Assembly: GCA_029010655.1 (NCBI GenBank)
Contig: JAQXKW010000092.1
Location: forward strand, 1-42,195
DNA: 42,195 nt
Origin: Clostridia bacterium
GTDB taxonomy: Bacteria > Bacillota > Clostridia > Oscillospirales > CAG-272
Direction of reading: 5' to 3'
Of the stretch, positions 6,689 to 14,497 are shown piece after piece. Within the stretch, counting starts at the first letter, position 1; every line of letters begins with the position of its first letter. The translations under genes and the position numbers were made by a program. Below the pieces are notes generated by a model that saw only the letters and a list, made by a program, of their open reading frames with translations, searched no databases and was not told where the DNA came from.

Positions 6689-9394
6689 TTATATTTCTTC
6701 GTTTTTGACCTGAAGCTCCATAAACTGGTCTTTTGTAATAAGCACCTCTCGGGGCTTCTGCCCCTCGGGGGCGGAAACGTAGCCCATTTTTTCCATGTGG
6801 TCGATGATTTTTGCGGCACGTCCGTAGCCTACGGACAGTCTCCTCTGCAAAAGGGAGGTGGAAATCTTTCCGCTTTCAAAGGCAACCTCCATAGCCTGAG
6901 CCATAAGGGGGTCTCCCTCGGAGGCGTCTGCCCCGTCGGCCCCCGCAGGCGCGCCGCCTGAGCCTTTTTTCACGCCGCAAAGCGCCGCCTGAGCTTCGAT
7001 TTCCTTCATAACCTCGTCGTTGTAAATCTCCGCTCCCGCCATATTCTGAGCTTTAATAAACTTAACAACGGAATCCACTTCCTTTTCGGAAACGAAAGCG
7101 CCCTGAACACGTATGGGCTTTGAAGCTCCTACGGGGCTGTAAAGCATGTCGCCCCGACCGATAAGATTCTCCGCTCCTGACCGGTCGATAATTGTTCTTG
7201 AGTCAACCTGGCTCGCCACCGTGAAAGCAATTCTTGAGGGGATATTTGCCTTGATTACACCGGTAATAACGTCAACGGACGGACGCTGAGTACCGATAAC
7301 AAGGTGCATGCCGGCGGCTCTCGCCTTTGCCGCAAGACGGGCAATAGAGGTTTCCACGTCGCTGGCGGCGGTAGACATCAGGTCCGCAAGCTCGTCTATA
7401 ACGATAACGATTTGCGGCATGAATTCACGGTCGGGGTCGCCCGCCGTGATTTTGTTGTAGCTTGCAATGTCACGGACGCCCACGGACTCAATAAGCCCGA
7501 AGCGTCTTTCCATTTCGTTCACCGCCCAGCCCAGAGAGCCTGCCGCCTTTTTGGGGTCGCTGACAACGGGCACCAGCAGGTGGGGGAGACCGTTATAAAT
7601 GCTGAATTCAACCTTTTTCGGGTCAATCAGTATGAGCTTTACCTCGTCGGGGGTCGCCTTGTAGAGAAGCGACATCAGAAGGCAGTTTATACATACGGAT
7701 TTACCCATGCCGGTAGCACCCGCAATAAGCAGGTGAGGCATTTTTGCAATATCCATAATGATAGGCTCGCCGGCAACGTCCATACCCAAAGCGGTAGTCA
7801 GCTTTGAAACGGAGGCGGCAAATCTGTCGGAGGATAAAAGGGTGCGCAGATATACCGTTTCCGCCTGCTTGTTGGGCACCTCTATGCCCACGGCGGCCTT
7901 GCCGGGAATAGGCGCTTCAATACGCACGCCGGAGGTGGCAAGATTTAATGCGATGTCGTCTACCAGATTTGAAATGGAACGGACTCTTGTGCCGGCTTCG
8001 GGCAGAAGCTCGTATCGGGTAATCGTGGGACCCCGGCTGACGCCTACGATTCTTGTTTTAACATTGAAGCTTGAAAGCACGCTTACAAGCTTTGTTGCGT
8101 TTTCCTGATATTCCGCACGCACGTCGGTAGCTTTTGCACCCGGGTCCTCCGTAAGAAGGTTCAGCGGGGGATAGTTGTAAACGGGCTTTGGTATTTCAAT
8201 CTCCACCTGCTCCGGAGCTGACGCCTTTTCAGGCTCGGAGACGGTTTTTCTGTCTATTTTCAGAGAGGAATTTCTCTTTTTTTCGTATTCGCTTGCAAGC
8301 CTGTCCAGTATTTCAAAGCCCTCGGGGTCGGCAGAGCCCGCAATTTCCTCGGACTGTCCGTCAAAGGCGGAGCCTTCTTCGTACAAATTCTCCTCGTTCT
8401 CAAAAACGGCTCTTTCCGCCGCAAGAAGTGCTTCGGATTTTGTTTCCTTTGAACGCCGCATAACCTCCTCAAAGGTAGCTTCGTTAATTCTGGCTCGCTT
8501 TTGCTCGGGAGTTTCAAGTATGTCCCCGTCTTCGGCTTCGGTGTTTTCTTCCAAAGGCACGTCCGTGTCAAATTTTCTGCGCCGCTTTTTGCTGACAGGC
8601 GGAATGTATGCACGCTCAATGACCTCTCCCGTTTCCTCGTCCACCTCAGGACAGTATGCTTCTTCCTCGGGAATGATAAAGCCGCCGTCGCCGTCGCCTT
8701 CGTCCGTATAATCTTCTTCCGTGTCAGTGTCATCGACGGCCTGCTCTTTTTCCATAGCTATGCGCTCCCGTCTCTGTGCGAGCTTTACGGAAATCAGCTT
8801 GAAAAGATATTTGGGGGTAAGCCCCGCAGTGAGAATTACGGAAAGGAACAAAAGGGCAATAACGAGAACGAAGGAGCCTACGGACTTGAAGCACAGCAAA
8901 AACAGCTCGCCCAAAGTTCCGCCTACAATGCCGCCTCCCGCAAGGGTAGCGCCTCTTGAATACATTTCGGCAAAGTTAAAGCCTCCCGCAGGGGAAACAA
9001 GCTCCAGAAAAACGGAAACCAGAAGCGCCGAAACAACGGCGAAAATAAACCTGAAGCTGAGAAGCCCCGCCTCGTCTCTGTCCAGAAAATCGGATATTGC
9101 CGCATACGCAAGAAATACGGGAATGAGAAATGCCGCACCGCCGAAAATGCCCGTCAGAAAATTGTATAAAAATTTCAGAACCACTCCCGGGTCCTCTCCC
9201 CTGCCCGTAAACAGGCAGATTGTAATAAGGAGAGCCGAAAGCAGAAGAAGGTACGGGGCAACCTGCTTCCACAGGGCGTGCCGCTCCTCCTTTATCTCCA
9301 TTTGCTTTGACTTTCCCGCCGCAGGGGATTTTCTTTTTGCTGTGACTTTATTTGATTTATTATTGGTTCTTTTTTTTGCGGATTTTTGTGCCAT
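6689..9394 (-). CDS. ftsK: DNA translocase FtsK/SpoIIIE
   Basis: N-terminal TM helices, an acidic disordered linker, a motor domain with Walker A GATGMGKS and IVIVIDELADL, and a C-terminal gamma winged-helix (LLQRRLSVGYGRAAKIID.ME). Confidence 0.95.
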   Translation of the reverse strand: MAQKSAKKRTNNKSNKVTAKRKSPAAGKSKQMEIKEERHALWKQVAPYLLLLSALLITICLFTGRGEDPGVVLKFLYNFLTGIFGGAAFLIPVFLAYAAISDFLDRDEAGLLSFRFIFAVVSALLVSVFLELVSPAGGFNFAEMYSRGATLAGGGIVGGTLGELFLLCFKSVGSFVLVIALLFLSVILTAGLTPKYLFKLISVKLAQRRERIAMEKEQAVDDTDTEEDYTDEGDGDGGFIIPEEEAYCPEVDEETGEVIERAYIPPVSKKRRRKFDTDVPLEENTEAEDGDILETPEQKRARINEATFEEVMRRSKETKSEALLAAERAVFENEENLYEEGSAFDGQSEEIAGSADPEGFEILDRLASEYEKKRNSSLKIDRKTVSEPEKASAPEQVEIEIPKPVYNYPPLNLLTEDPGAKATDVRAEYQENATKLVSVLSSFNVKTRIVGVSRGPTITRYELLPEAGTRVRSISNLVDDIALNLATSGVRIEAPIPGKAAVGIEVPNKQAETVYLRTLLSSDRFAASVSKLTTALGMDVAGEPIIMDIAKMPHLLIAGATGMGKSVCINCLLMSLLYKATPDEVKLILIDPKKVEFSIYNGLPHLLVPVVSDPKKAAGSLGWAVNEMERRFGLIESVGVRDIASYNKITAGDPDREFMPQIVIVIDELADLMSTAASDVETSIARLAAKARAAGMHLVIGTQRPSVDVITGVIKANIPSRIAFTVASQVDSRTIIDRSGAENLIGRGDMLYSPVGASKPIRVQGAFVSEKEVDSVVKFIKAQNMAGAEIYNDEVMKEIEAQAALCGVKKGSGGAPAGADGADASEGDPLMAQAMEVAFESGKISTSLLQRRLSVGYGRAAKIIDHMEKMGYVSAPEGQKPREVLITKDQFMELQVKNEEI

Positions 9395-9446
9395 TTAACC
9401 GACCGATCCTTTCGGAAACATAATATACGTTAATAGGGAAATAATA

Positions 9447-10445
9447 TCACAAAAGAGATTTAATTCCGGGTATTTTGCGAAGAATATACACGAAAACCGC
9501 GGAAACTGCGAAAGCTACGGCAACCGATACGGGTATGCCGAGTATGGGGTTAACCGTGCGGTAAGGGAAATATTTCATAAATAAATCAAGGAAAATTCCG
9601 TGGAAAAGGTATACCCCGAAGGATACCGACGACAAAACTTCCGCCGCTTTCGTCCTTTTGTCGGACAGTATTCCGTAAAACAGAGGGAAAGCCGCCAGCG
9701 CCGCCGTCATTATGAAAATATTCCGATAGGACAGAAGGGAGCTGTCATAACTGCCTTTTTTAAGGCAAACCGCAGAAGCTACCGCCGAGGCGGCGGCAAC
9801 GCATACGAGAATTGTCGGAATCTGAAATTTTCTCAGCCTTTTTTTGCTGAGCTTTTCCATGTTCTTGTAAATAATGTGACCGCACACGAAATACCCCAGC
9901 CAGAAAGTCGCACCCACAATGGGCACGGGGTATTTGGGCTTTATGTTAAGGGTGTAGATAAGTCCGCCGAACACAGCGAAAAGAATAAGAAACAGCCTGT
10001 CCTCCCGCTCGTTCATGCCGTCTGTCATTCGTTTGATAAAGGGGAGAACGATGTATATGCCCAAAAGTGCGTACAAAAACCAAAGAAGAACTCTTTCGGG
10101 GGCGGCAAGAAGCTTTATTATGCTTATATTTTCAACGCCCTTAAAATACCTGTCCCAAAAGTAAAACACCGCCGTAATGAAAACGAGAGACATAAGTTTA
10201 TAAAGAATTCTTTTTCTGTTTTTTGCCCCGTCGTATTCCCTGCTTAAAAGTACTGCGCCGCTAATCATAAAGAACAGGGGCACGCTTATTCTGGAAAAAA
10301 CATTGAAAACGGCGGCGACGGTAAAGAAAAACGGGCTGACGGAGGAAATTGCACGGCAGTACCAGTTTGCGGCGTGGACTGTAATAACCAGTATCATAGA
10401 TATGATACGCAATCTGTCCAGCTTATAATCTCTGCCCTGCGACAT
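9447..10445 (-). CDS. Acyltransferase family 3 membrane protein (OatA-like O-acyltransferase)
   Basis: About 10 TM helices and an N-terminal RLDRLRIISMILVITVHA-type motif. Start moved to the ATG at 10445, preceded by GGAGGAAAAT. The longer ORF to 10589 has no RBS and overlaps the divergent neighbour. Confidence 0.75.
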   Translation of the reverse strand: MSQGRDYKLDRLRIISMILVITVHAANWYCRAISSVSPFFFTVAAVFNVFSRISVPLFFMISGAVLLSREYDGAKNRKRILYKLMSLVFITAVFYFWDRYFKGVENISIIKLLAAPERVLLWFLYALLGIYIVLPFIKRMTDGMNEREDRLFLILFAVFGGLIYTLNIKPKYPVPIVGATFWLGYFVCGHIIYKNMEKLSKKRLRKFQIPTILVCVAAASAVASAVCLKKGSYDSSLLSYRNIFIMTAALAAFPLFYGILSDKRTKAAEVLSSVSFGVYLFHGIFLDLFMKYFPYRTVNPILGIPVSVAVAFAVSAVFVYILRKIPGIKSLL

Positions 10446-10543
10446 ATTTTCCTCCGGATAAACTTCCCATAATAACTCAAAATAATAATAACAGATTTTG
10501 CCGTAAATTTCAAGGCATATGACAAAAAAGGATACATTATTAT

Positions 10544-10933
10544 ATGAAAACACATGAAAACAAAATAAGCGCCCGAACACTTGCGGCATTCGGGGCGGGT
10601 GCGGCGGCGGGCTTTATAAACGGATTTCTCGGCTCCGGCGGAGGAATAATTCTTCTGTATCTTTTCAGAAGGCTGTCAACGGACTGCGGCGAGGAAAGAG
10701 CAAGAAACAGCTTCGCCTCCGTGGTAGCGGCGGTTTTGCCCCTTTGCGCCGTGTCCGCCGTGGTTTACAGCCACAAGGGAATGGGGGATATTTCTCTCCT
10801 TCTGCGCTTTACGGCTCCCGCCGCCGTAGGCGGCGTTTTGGGCGCATACCTTACGGATAAGCTGGATACGGGGATTTTAAGTAAAATATTTGCCGTAATC
10901 GTTACCGTGGCGGGCATTAATATGATTATGTGA
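10544..10933 (+). CDS. Half-size (4-TM) TauE/SafE (TSUP) family transporter
   Basis: 129 aa with four predicted TM helices and a Gly-rich first helix (GFINGFLGSGGGIILL), typical of TSUP repeats. No partner half-gene is adjacent. Confidence 0.6.
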   Translation: MKTHENKISARTLAAFGAGAAAGFINGFLGSGGGIILLYLFRRLSTDCGEERARNSFASVVAAVLPLCAVSAVVYSHKGMGDISLLLRFTAPAAVGGVLGAYLTDKLDTGILSKIFAVIVTVAGINMIM

Positions 10934-11005
10934 ACGTAAGTGCGCATGCGGCATATTCTGTTACTGACGGCAAAAGCAACAGAAAAAAGAGAAAGGGGAA
11001 TACTT

Positions 11006-11077
11006 ATGAAAATAACGGTTATACGTCCGCCCAGATTCCTTTGCCCTATACTCAGAAGGCTTTTTAAGGTGAGATGA
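11006..11077 (+). CDS. spoVM: Stage V sporulation protein M (SpoVM), 23 aa
   Basis: ATG at 11006 is preceded by AAAGGGGAA. The peptide MKITVIRPPRFLCPILRRLFKVR matches the B. subtilis SpoVM pattern (MKFYTIKLPKFLGGIVRAMLGSFRKD). It is below the ORF-track size cutoff. Confidence 0.75.
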   Translation: MKITVIRPPRFLCPILRRLFKVR

Positions 11078-11080
11078 GGA

Positions 11081-11115
11081 GCTGTTAGCTGTTAGCGGCT
11101 AGCGGCTAGCGGTTA
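11081..11115 (+). repeat. Heptamer tandem array (GCTGTTA x2, GCGGCTA x2, GCGGTTA)
   Basis: Five consecutive 7-nt units begin 4 nt after the spoVM stop. Similar arrays are at 28098-28132 (same orientation) and 22514-22548 (inverted). Confidence 0.8.
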
Positions 11116-11169
11116 ATGCCGATAGTCAGGATGTTCTGAGCGGAGTGTGAGGCGGAGCCTCACATACAT

Positions 11170-11206
11170 AAAGGCTCGCTGTTTTCAGCGAGCCTTTATG
11201 TTTTTT
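11170..11206. terminator. Terminator hairpin shared by spoVM (+) and the convergent Cys-rich gene (-)
   Basis: AAAGGCTCGCTG-TTTT-CAGCGAGCCTTT is followed by ATGTTTTTTG on the plus strand. It sits 2 nt from the minus-strand gene stop. Confidence 0.75.
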
Positions 11207-11207
11207 G

Positions 11208-11459
11208 TCAGCACCTAAGGGTGCCGGCGGTCTTTGAATTTGTTCCGTGGGAATAGTTCTGCATTATTGCCGCATGAATACTGCAGCCCTTGCAGAATAC
11301 TCCCGTGCAGAAATTTTTCTCATGATCTGCTTTTTCTTTTTCCGAATGAAAACGGCTGACGGTGTAATCACCGATTATACCCTCGCATGTTATCGTTGTC
11401 TTTGCCTCGCTCATGTAAAAGGGGCAAAATACCAAAGCGTCAATAGTTTTGTTTGCCAT
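11208..11459 (-). CDS. Small cysteine-rich protein of unknown function (possible Zn-binding; mobile-element-like)
   Basis: 83 aa counted from the ATG at 11459 (GAGG lies 9 nt upstream). Cys pattern is CPFY-x12-CEG...C-x5-C-x2-C. The family is not confidently recognised. Confidence 0.5.
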   Translation of the reverse strand: MANKTIDALVFCPFYMSEAKTTITCEGIIGDYTVSRFHSEKEKADHEKNFCTGVFCKGCSIHAAIMQNYSHGTNSKTAGTLRC

Positions 11460-11511
11460 AATATGTAACCTCATTTTTATAATATAAATACTCCCGGTCG
11501 AAAATATACCG

Positions 11512-11790
11512 TCAGAACGGGGAAGACAGCGTATTTTCAGCCGTACCTTTTTTGCGCGGGGTATTCCCCCGCCGTCTCCAGAAAATTCCTATGGTCTCTT
11601 CAAAGGATAATTCCAAAAAAGAGGCAATAAGGTGCGCTTCATGCACGGTCACACCGCCGCCGCCGTCACGAAGCTTGCGGTACAGTGTACTGCGGTCCAT
11701 GCCGAGAAATACAGCCAGGCCTTCCATGGTGGTGTTCTTTTCGGCAATTTTTCTTTTCAATGCATAAACATCAATTTCCACAATGACCAT
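11512..11790 (-). CDS. Cro/XRE-like helix-turn-helix regulator (DUF739-like)
   Basis: The HTH segment MEGLAVFLGMDRSTLYRKL and the ...AHLIASFLELSFEETIGIFW layout are typical of short phage-type regulators. The start is uncertain (ATG 11790, ATG 11805 or GTG 11859). Confidence 0.55.
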   Translation of the reverse strand: MVIVEIDVYALKRKIAEKNTTMEGLAVFLGMDRSTLYRKLRDGGGGVTVHEAHLIASFLELSFEETIGIFWRRRGNTPRKKGTAENTLSSPF

Positions 11791-11882
11791 CCTTCCTTTT
11801 TGCATTGCCCTTGTCGCTTTTCGCCGTGGTTGGAAAGGGGCGGTTTCCGTGTACGGCACAGCTTATTTGGAATTCCATACTA

Positions 11883-11911
11883 ATTTTACCAAATATTACC
11901 AAATACGTCAA
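11883..11911 (-). promoter_or_regulatory. Sigma-A type promoter of the HTH gene, overlapped by a direct repeat
   Basis: Minus strand reads TTGACG-17 nt-TAAAAT. The spacer and -10 are formed by the tandem TATTTGGTAA TATTTGGTAA. Confidence 0.55.
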
Positions 11912-12184
11912 GGGGATAAATCACGTTTTTTGGACGATTATGTTGCAAATGTGCAACATATGCGGATTTTTTTGAAATTTTGCGGCGAAAGGATGGGAGT
12001 ATCTGCATTATACGGCAACCGCTTTTGGATTTCTCCCCGCCAATACCCTTCCGGGAGAAGCGCCCCCAAACGGCTCGGAACGGTATTTTTGCCGTGCGGT
12101 TCAGTAATTCGGGAAGTTTTTGCACCGACAGGCGCGTACCTGCGTGTATAGTGTACCACAAGGAGTGTCCCATAAAGCGGACAG

Positions 12185-12213
12185 TTGAAAAAATAATGCT
12201 CTTGTGGTAAAAT
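12185..12213 (+). promoter_or_regulatory. Promoter of rsuA
   Basis: TTGAAA-17 nt-TAAAAT with an extended -10 (TGG). The RBS AGAGAGG follows, then the ATG at 12241. Confidence 0.6.
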
Positions 12214-12240
12214 ATTTTTTGTAAAGAGAGGTTAAATTTT

Positions 12241-12948
12241 ATGCGACTTGATAAATATATAGCCCATACGGGAATTGCCAGCAGAAAGGAAGCCGCAAAG
12301 GCGGCGAAAAGCGGGCTTGTAACCCTGAACGGCGCTCCCGTGCGGGACTTGTCCGTTCACATTGACGAAAACACGGCAAATGTAACCTACTGCGGCAAAA
12401 AGGTGAACTGGACAAAGTATGTTTACGTTATGCTGAATAAGCCTGCCGGCTATATCAGCTCAACTGAAAAATCGGACAGGACGGTTATGTGCCTGCTGCC
12501 GCCGGAATTTTCAAAAACGGACATGTTCCCCTGCGGCAGGCTTGATATTGATACGGTGGGACTTTTGCTTATTACAAACGACGGTCCCCTTGCCCATGAA
12601 TTGCTTTCCCCCCGTCACCATGCGGAAAAAACTTATTTTTACCGCTGTTCTCCGGGTATAGGAGAAGCGGAGGCGGAAAAAATATGCGGCGGCGTTGACA
12701 TCGGAGGGTATGTGACAAAGCCTGCAAAGCTCCGCAGGGACGGCGAAACGGCAGGGTATATTACCCTTACGGAGGGGAAATTTCATCAGATAAAGCGCAC
12801 CTTTGAGGCGGTGGGGAGCAGTATCACCTACCTACGCAGAGTGGAATTCGGAGGAATTTCCATTGACGAAAGCCTTTCCGAGGGAGATTGGCGCTATCTT
12901 ACAGATGATGAAATAAACAAACTGCGGGAAAACTGCAATTCACGCTGA
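12241..12948 (+). CDS. rsuA: RsuA-family 16S rRNA pseudouridine synthase (S4 domain plus catalytic GRLD)
   Basis: N-terminal S4 RNA-binding motif (MRLDKYIAHTGIASRKEA), catalytic GRLDIDTVGLLLITNDG, and GKFHQIKR. 235 aa. Confidence 0.8.
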   Translation: MRLDKYIAHTGIASRKEAAKAAKSGLVTLNGAPVRDLSVHIDENTANVTYCGKKVNWTKYVYVMLNKPAGYISSTEKSDRTVMCLLPPEFSKTDMFPCGRLDIDTVGLLLITNDGPLAHELLSPRHHAEKTYFYRCSPGIGEAEAEKICGGVDIGGYVTKPAKLRRDGETAGYITLTEGKFHQIKRTFEAVGSSITYLRRVEFGGISIDESLSEGDWRYLTDDEINKLRENCNSR

Positions 12949-12962
12949 ATACGGAGGAAAAA

Positions 12963-14366
12963 ATGATACAAAAAGAAATACTTGATACTTTCAGGGAACT
13001 GTGCCGTGATTTTTGCGAAAAAATAACGCCTTTAGAGTTTTCGGAGACTGAGGATAAAAACAGCGCAGTTGCTTCATATACTCTTAGGCTGTTGAAAATA
13101 GAGCTTGTACTGACAAAGAGGAAAAGAGCATCGGTGCCGTGTGCTGTTTTGTATTCAAGGATATACCTTAACAAAAACAGTAATATGTACTTCCTTGTTC
13201 CGGAAATTATACACGAGATAGACAATGAGGACTTGTGCCCCTATGTTTTTTCGTATATCAGCTCCGCCGAAAGCATGAGAAAGTGCTTCGCATGTTTGTC
13301 GGACTTTTTGACAAAGAATCTTGACAAGATGAACAGTATGGGAGCCGACGGCGAGAAGTACAAAGCTCTGACTACTGAAAAACACAAGGCTGTCATAGAG
13401 AATTTCGGGGTTCGGGAAAAAACTCTACCGGATACGGCGGAGGACAGGGAGAGCTTTTTTTCCTATCTTTACGGGCTTTACGAAGTCCATACGGTTATTC
13501 CCTCTGTCACAGCTGATGAAGCCAATAAGAAATACGGCTTTTTTGTCATCGGGGATTACAAAAAGGCTTTGAAAAAATACAGGAAAAAGGATGAAAAAGG
13601 AACGCTTACAAAATATGAGAAAAAAGTTTTGAGCGTTATGGAAAATGCGGAGCCCGGGGAAAAATACGAGGTGTTTCCGAAGGGTTGCGACACTCTTTCG
13701 GAAGCGGTAAGATGCGTTCTGGTTAATAATCCAAGGCTGTCTGCGGCTTTTTTTGCCTTCGGGCTTATACTGCCGGTTTTCTCCTGCATCTGCGGCGCTG
13801 TTGCGGAAAAGCTGTGTTATCCCGACGCATTGTGCGTTTTCGGAGGCCTCATTCCAATTGGGTTTGTTTTCGGTCTTCTTCCGGGTGTGCTTTGGGCGGC
13901 AGTTTGCAGAAACCGCATAAAAGCTATTGTCCTGCGGGAAAAAGCGCAGACGGCAACGGCAATTGACAGGCAGAACAACGGTAAAGGCTTATCACGGTTC
14001 TTAGCAGTTGTTGCGGTATTGTTTACAGTCCTGCTGTTATACTTTTTCGCATACTTTTCAAAAGAATACGCCGTGTTCCGTGAGGACAGCGTGACATGGG
14101 GAACGGAAGAAAGCATTATTTCTGTCAGAATTACCGAGGAGAAGTACTCGGATATAGAGAACATATATTTTTGTCGGGGGCTTTACAATGACTTCGGCGA
14201 TTATATCGCCCGCTCGCATTATATAATAACCTTCCGTGACGGGGAAATGCTTAATCTTGACGCATATACATCCACGAAAAAAACGGAAAAATACGTATTG
14301 CCCGTAATAGAGAAGTATTGCGGCGGTATAGTCGAAGTGGAGGATTCGGGAAAGATATCCGATTAA
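12963..14366 (+). CDS. Hypothetical membrane protein (cytoplasmic N-domain, ~3 TM helices, C-terminal soluble domain)
   Basis: RBS GGAGGAAAAA precedes the ATG. The gene starts 15 nt after the rsuA stop with no terminator between them. Its AT-richer composition is judged by eye. No recognisable motif. Confidence 0.6.
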   Translation: MIQKEILDTFRELCRDFCEKITPLEFSETEDKNSAVASYTLRLLKIELVLTKRKRASVPCAVLYSRIYLNKNSNMYFLVPEIIHEIDNEDLCPYVFSYISSAESMRKCFACLSDFLTKNLDKMNSMGADGEKYKALTTEKHKAVIENFGVREKTLPDTAEDRESFFSYLYGLYEVHTVIPSVTADEANKKYGFFVIGDYKKALKKYRKKDEKGTLTKYEKKVLSVMENAEPGEKYEVFPKGCDTLSEAVRCVLVNNPRLSAAFFAFGLILPVFSCICGAVAEKLCYPDALCVFGGLIPIGFVFGLLPGVLWAAVCRNRIKAIVLREKAQTATAIDRQNNGKGLSRFLAVVAVLFTVLLLYFFAYFSKEYAVFREDSVTWGTEESIISVRITEEKYSDIENIYFCRGLYNDFGDYIARSHYIITFRDGEMLNLDAYTSTKKTEKYVLPVIEKYCGGIVEVEDSGKISD

Positions 14367-14415
14367 AGGCACCGGGAGCTTATTCAGACAGGAGGACGGA
14401 AGCCCCCCGAAGCCC

Positions 14416-14444
14416 TTGACAAGAGGGGCGATGAGATGTATAAT
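14416..14444 (+). promoter_or_regulatory. Consensus sigma-A promoter of iorAB
   Basis: TTGACA-17 nt-TATAAT, about 55 nt upstream of the iorA ATG. Confidence 0.7.
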
Positions 14445-14497
14445 TACCAATATGTTAATATGCACATTTTTACCTTAACGGAAGGACTTAGCTACAT

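Noticed and set aside
7304-9398. Multiple plus-strand ORFs inside ftsK (7304-7807, 7758-8108, 8501-8959, 8721-9398)
   Set aside because: All are antisense to a full-length FtsK with intact motor motifs. They are shadow ORFs.
10934-11005. Sigma-E type promoter upstream of spoVM
   Set aside because: A GCATATT resembling the -35 element is present near 10949, but no CATACA-T-like -10 lies at the right spacing. No promoter was called.
11208-12240. Prophage or integrative element at the HTH/Cys-rich islet
   Set aside because: There is no integrase, recombinase, att-like direct repeat pair, tRNA target or structural gene. At most this is a two-gene remnant.
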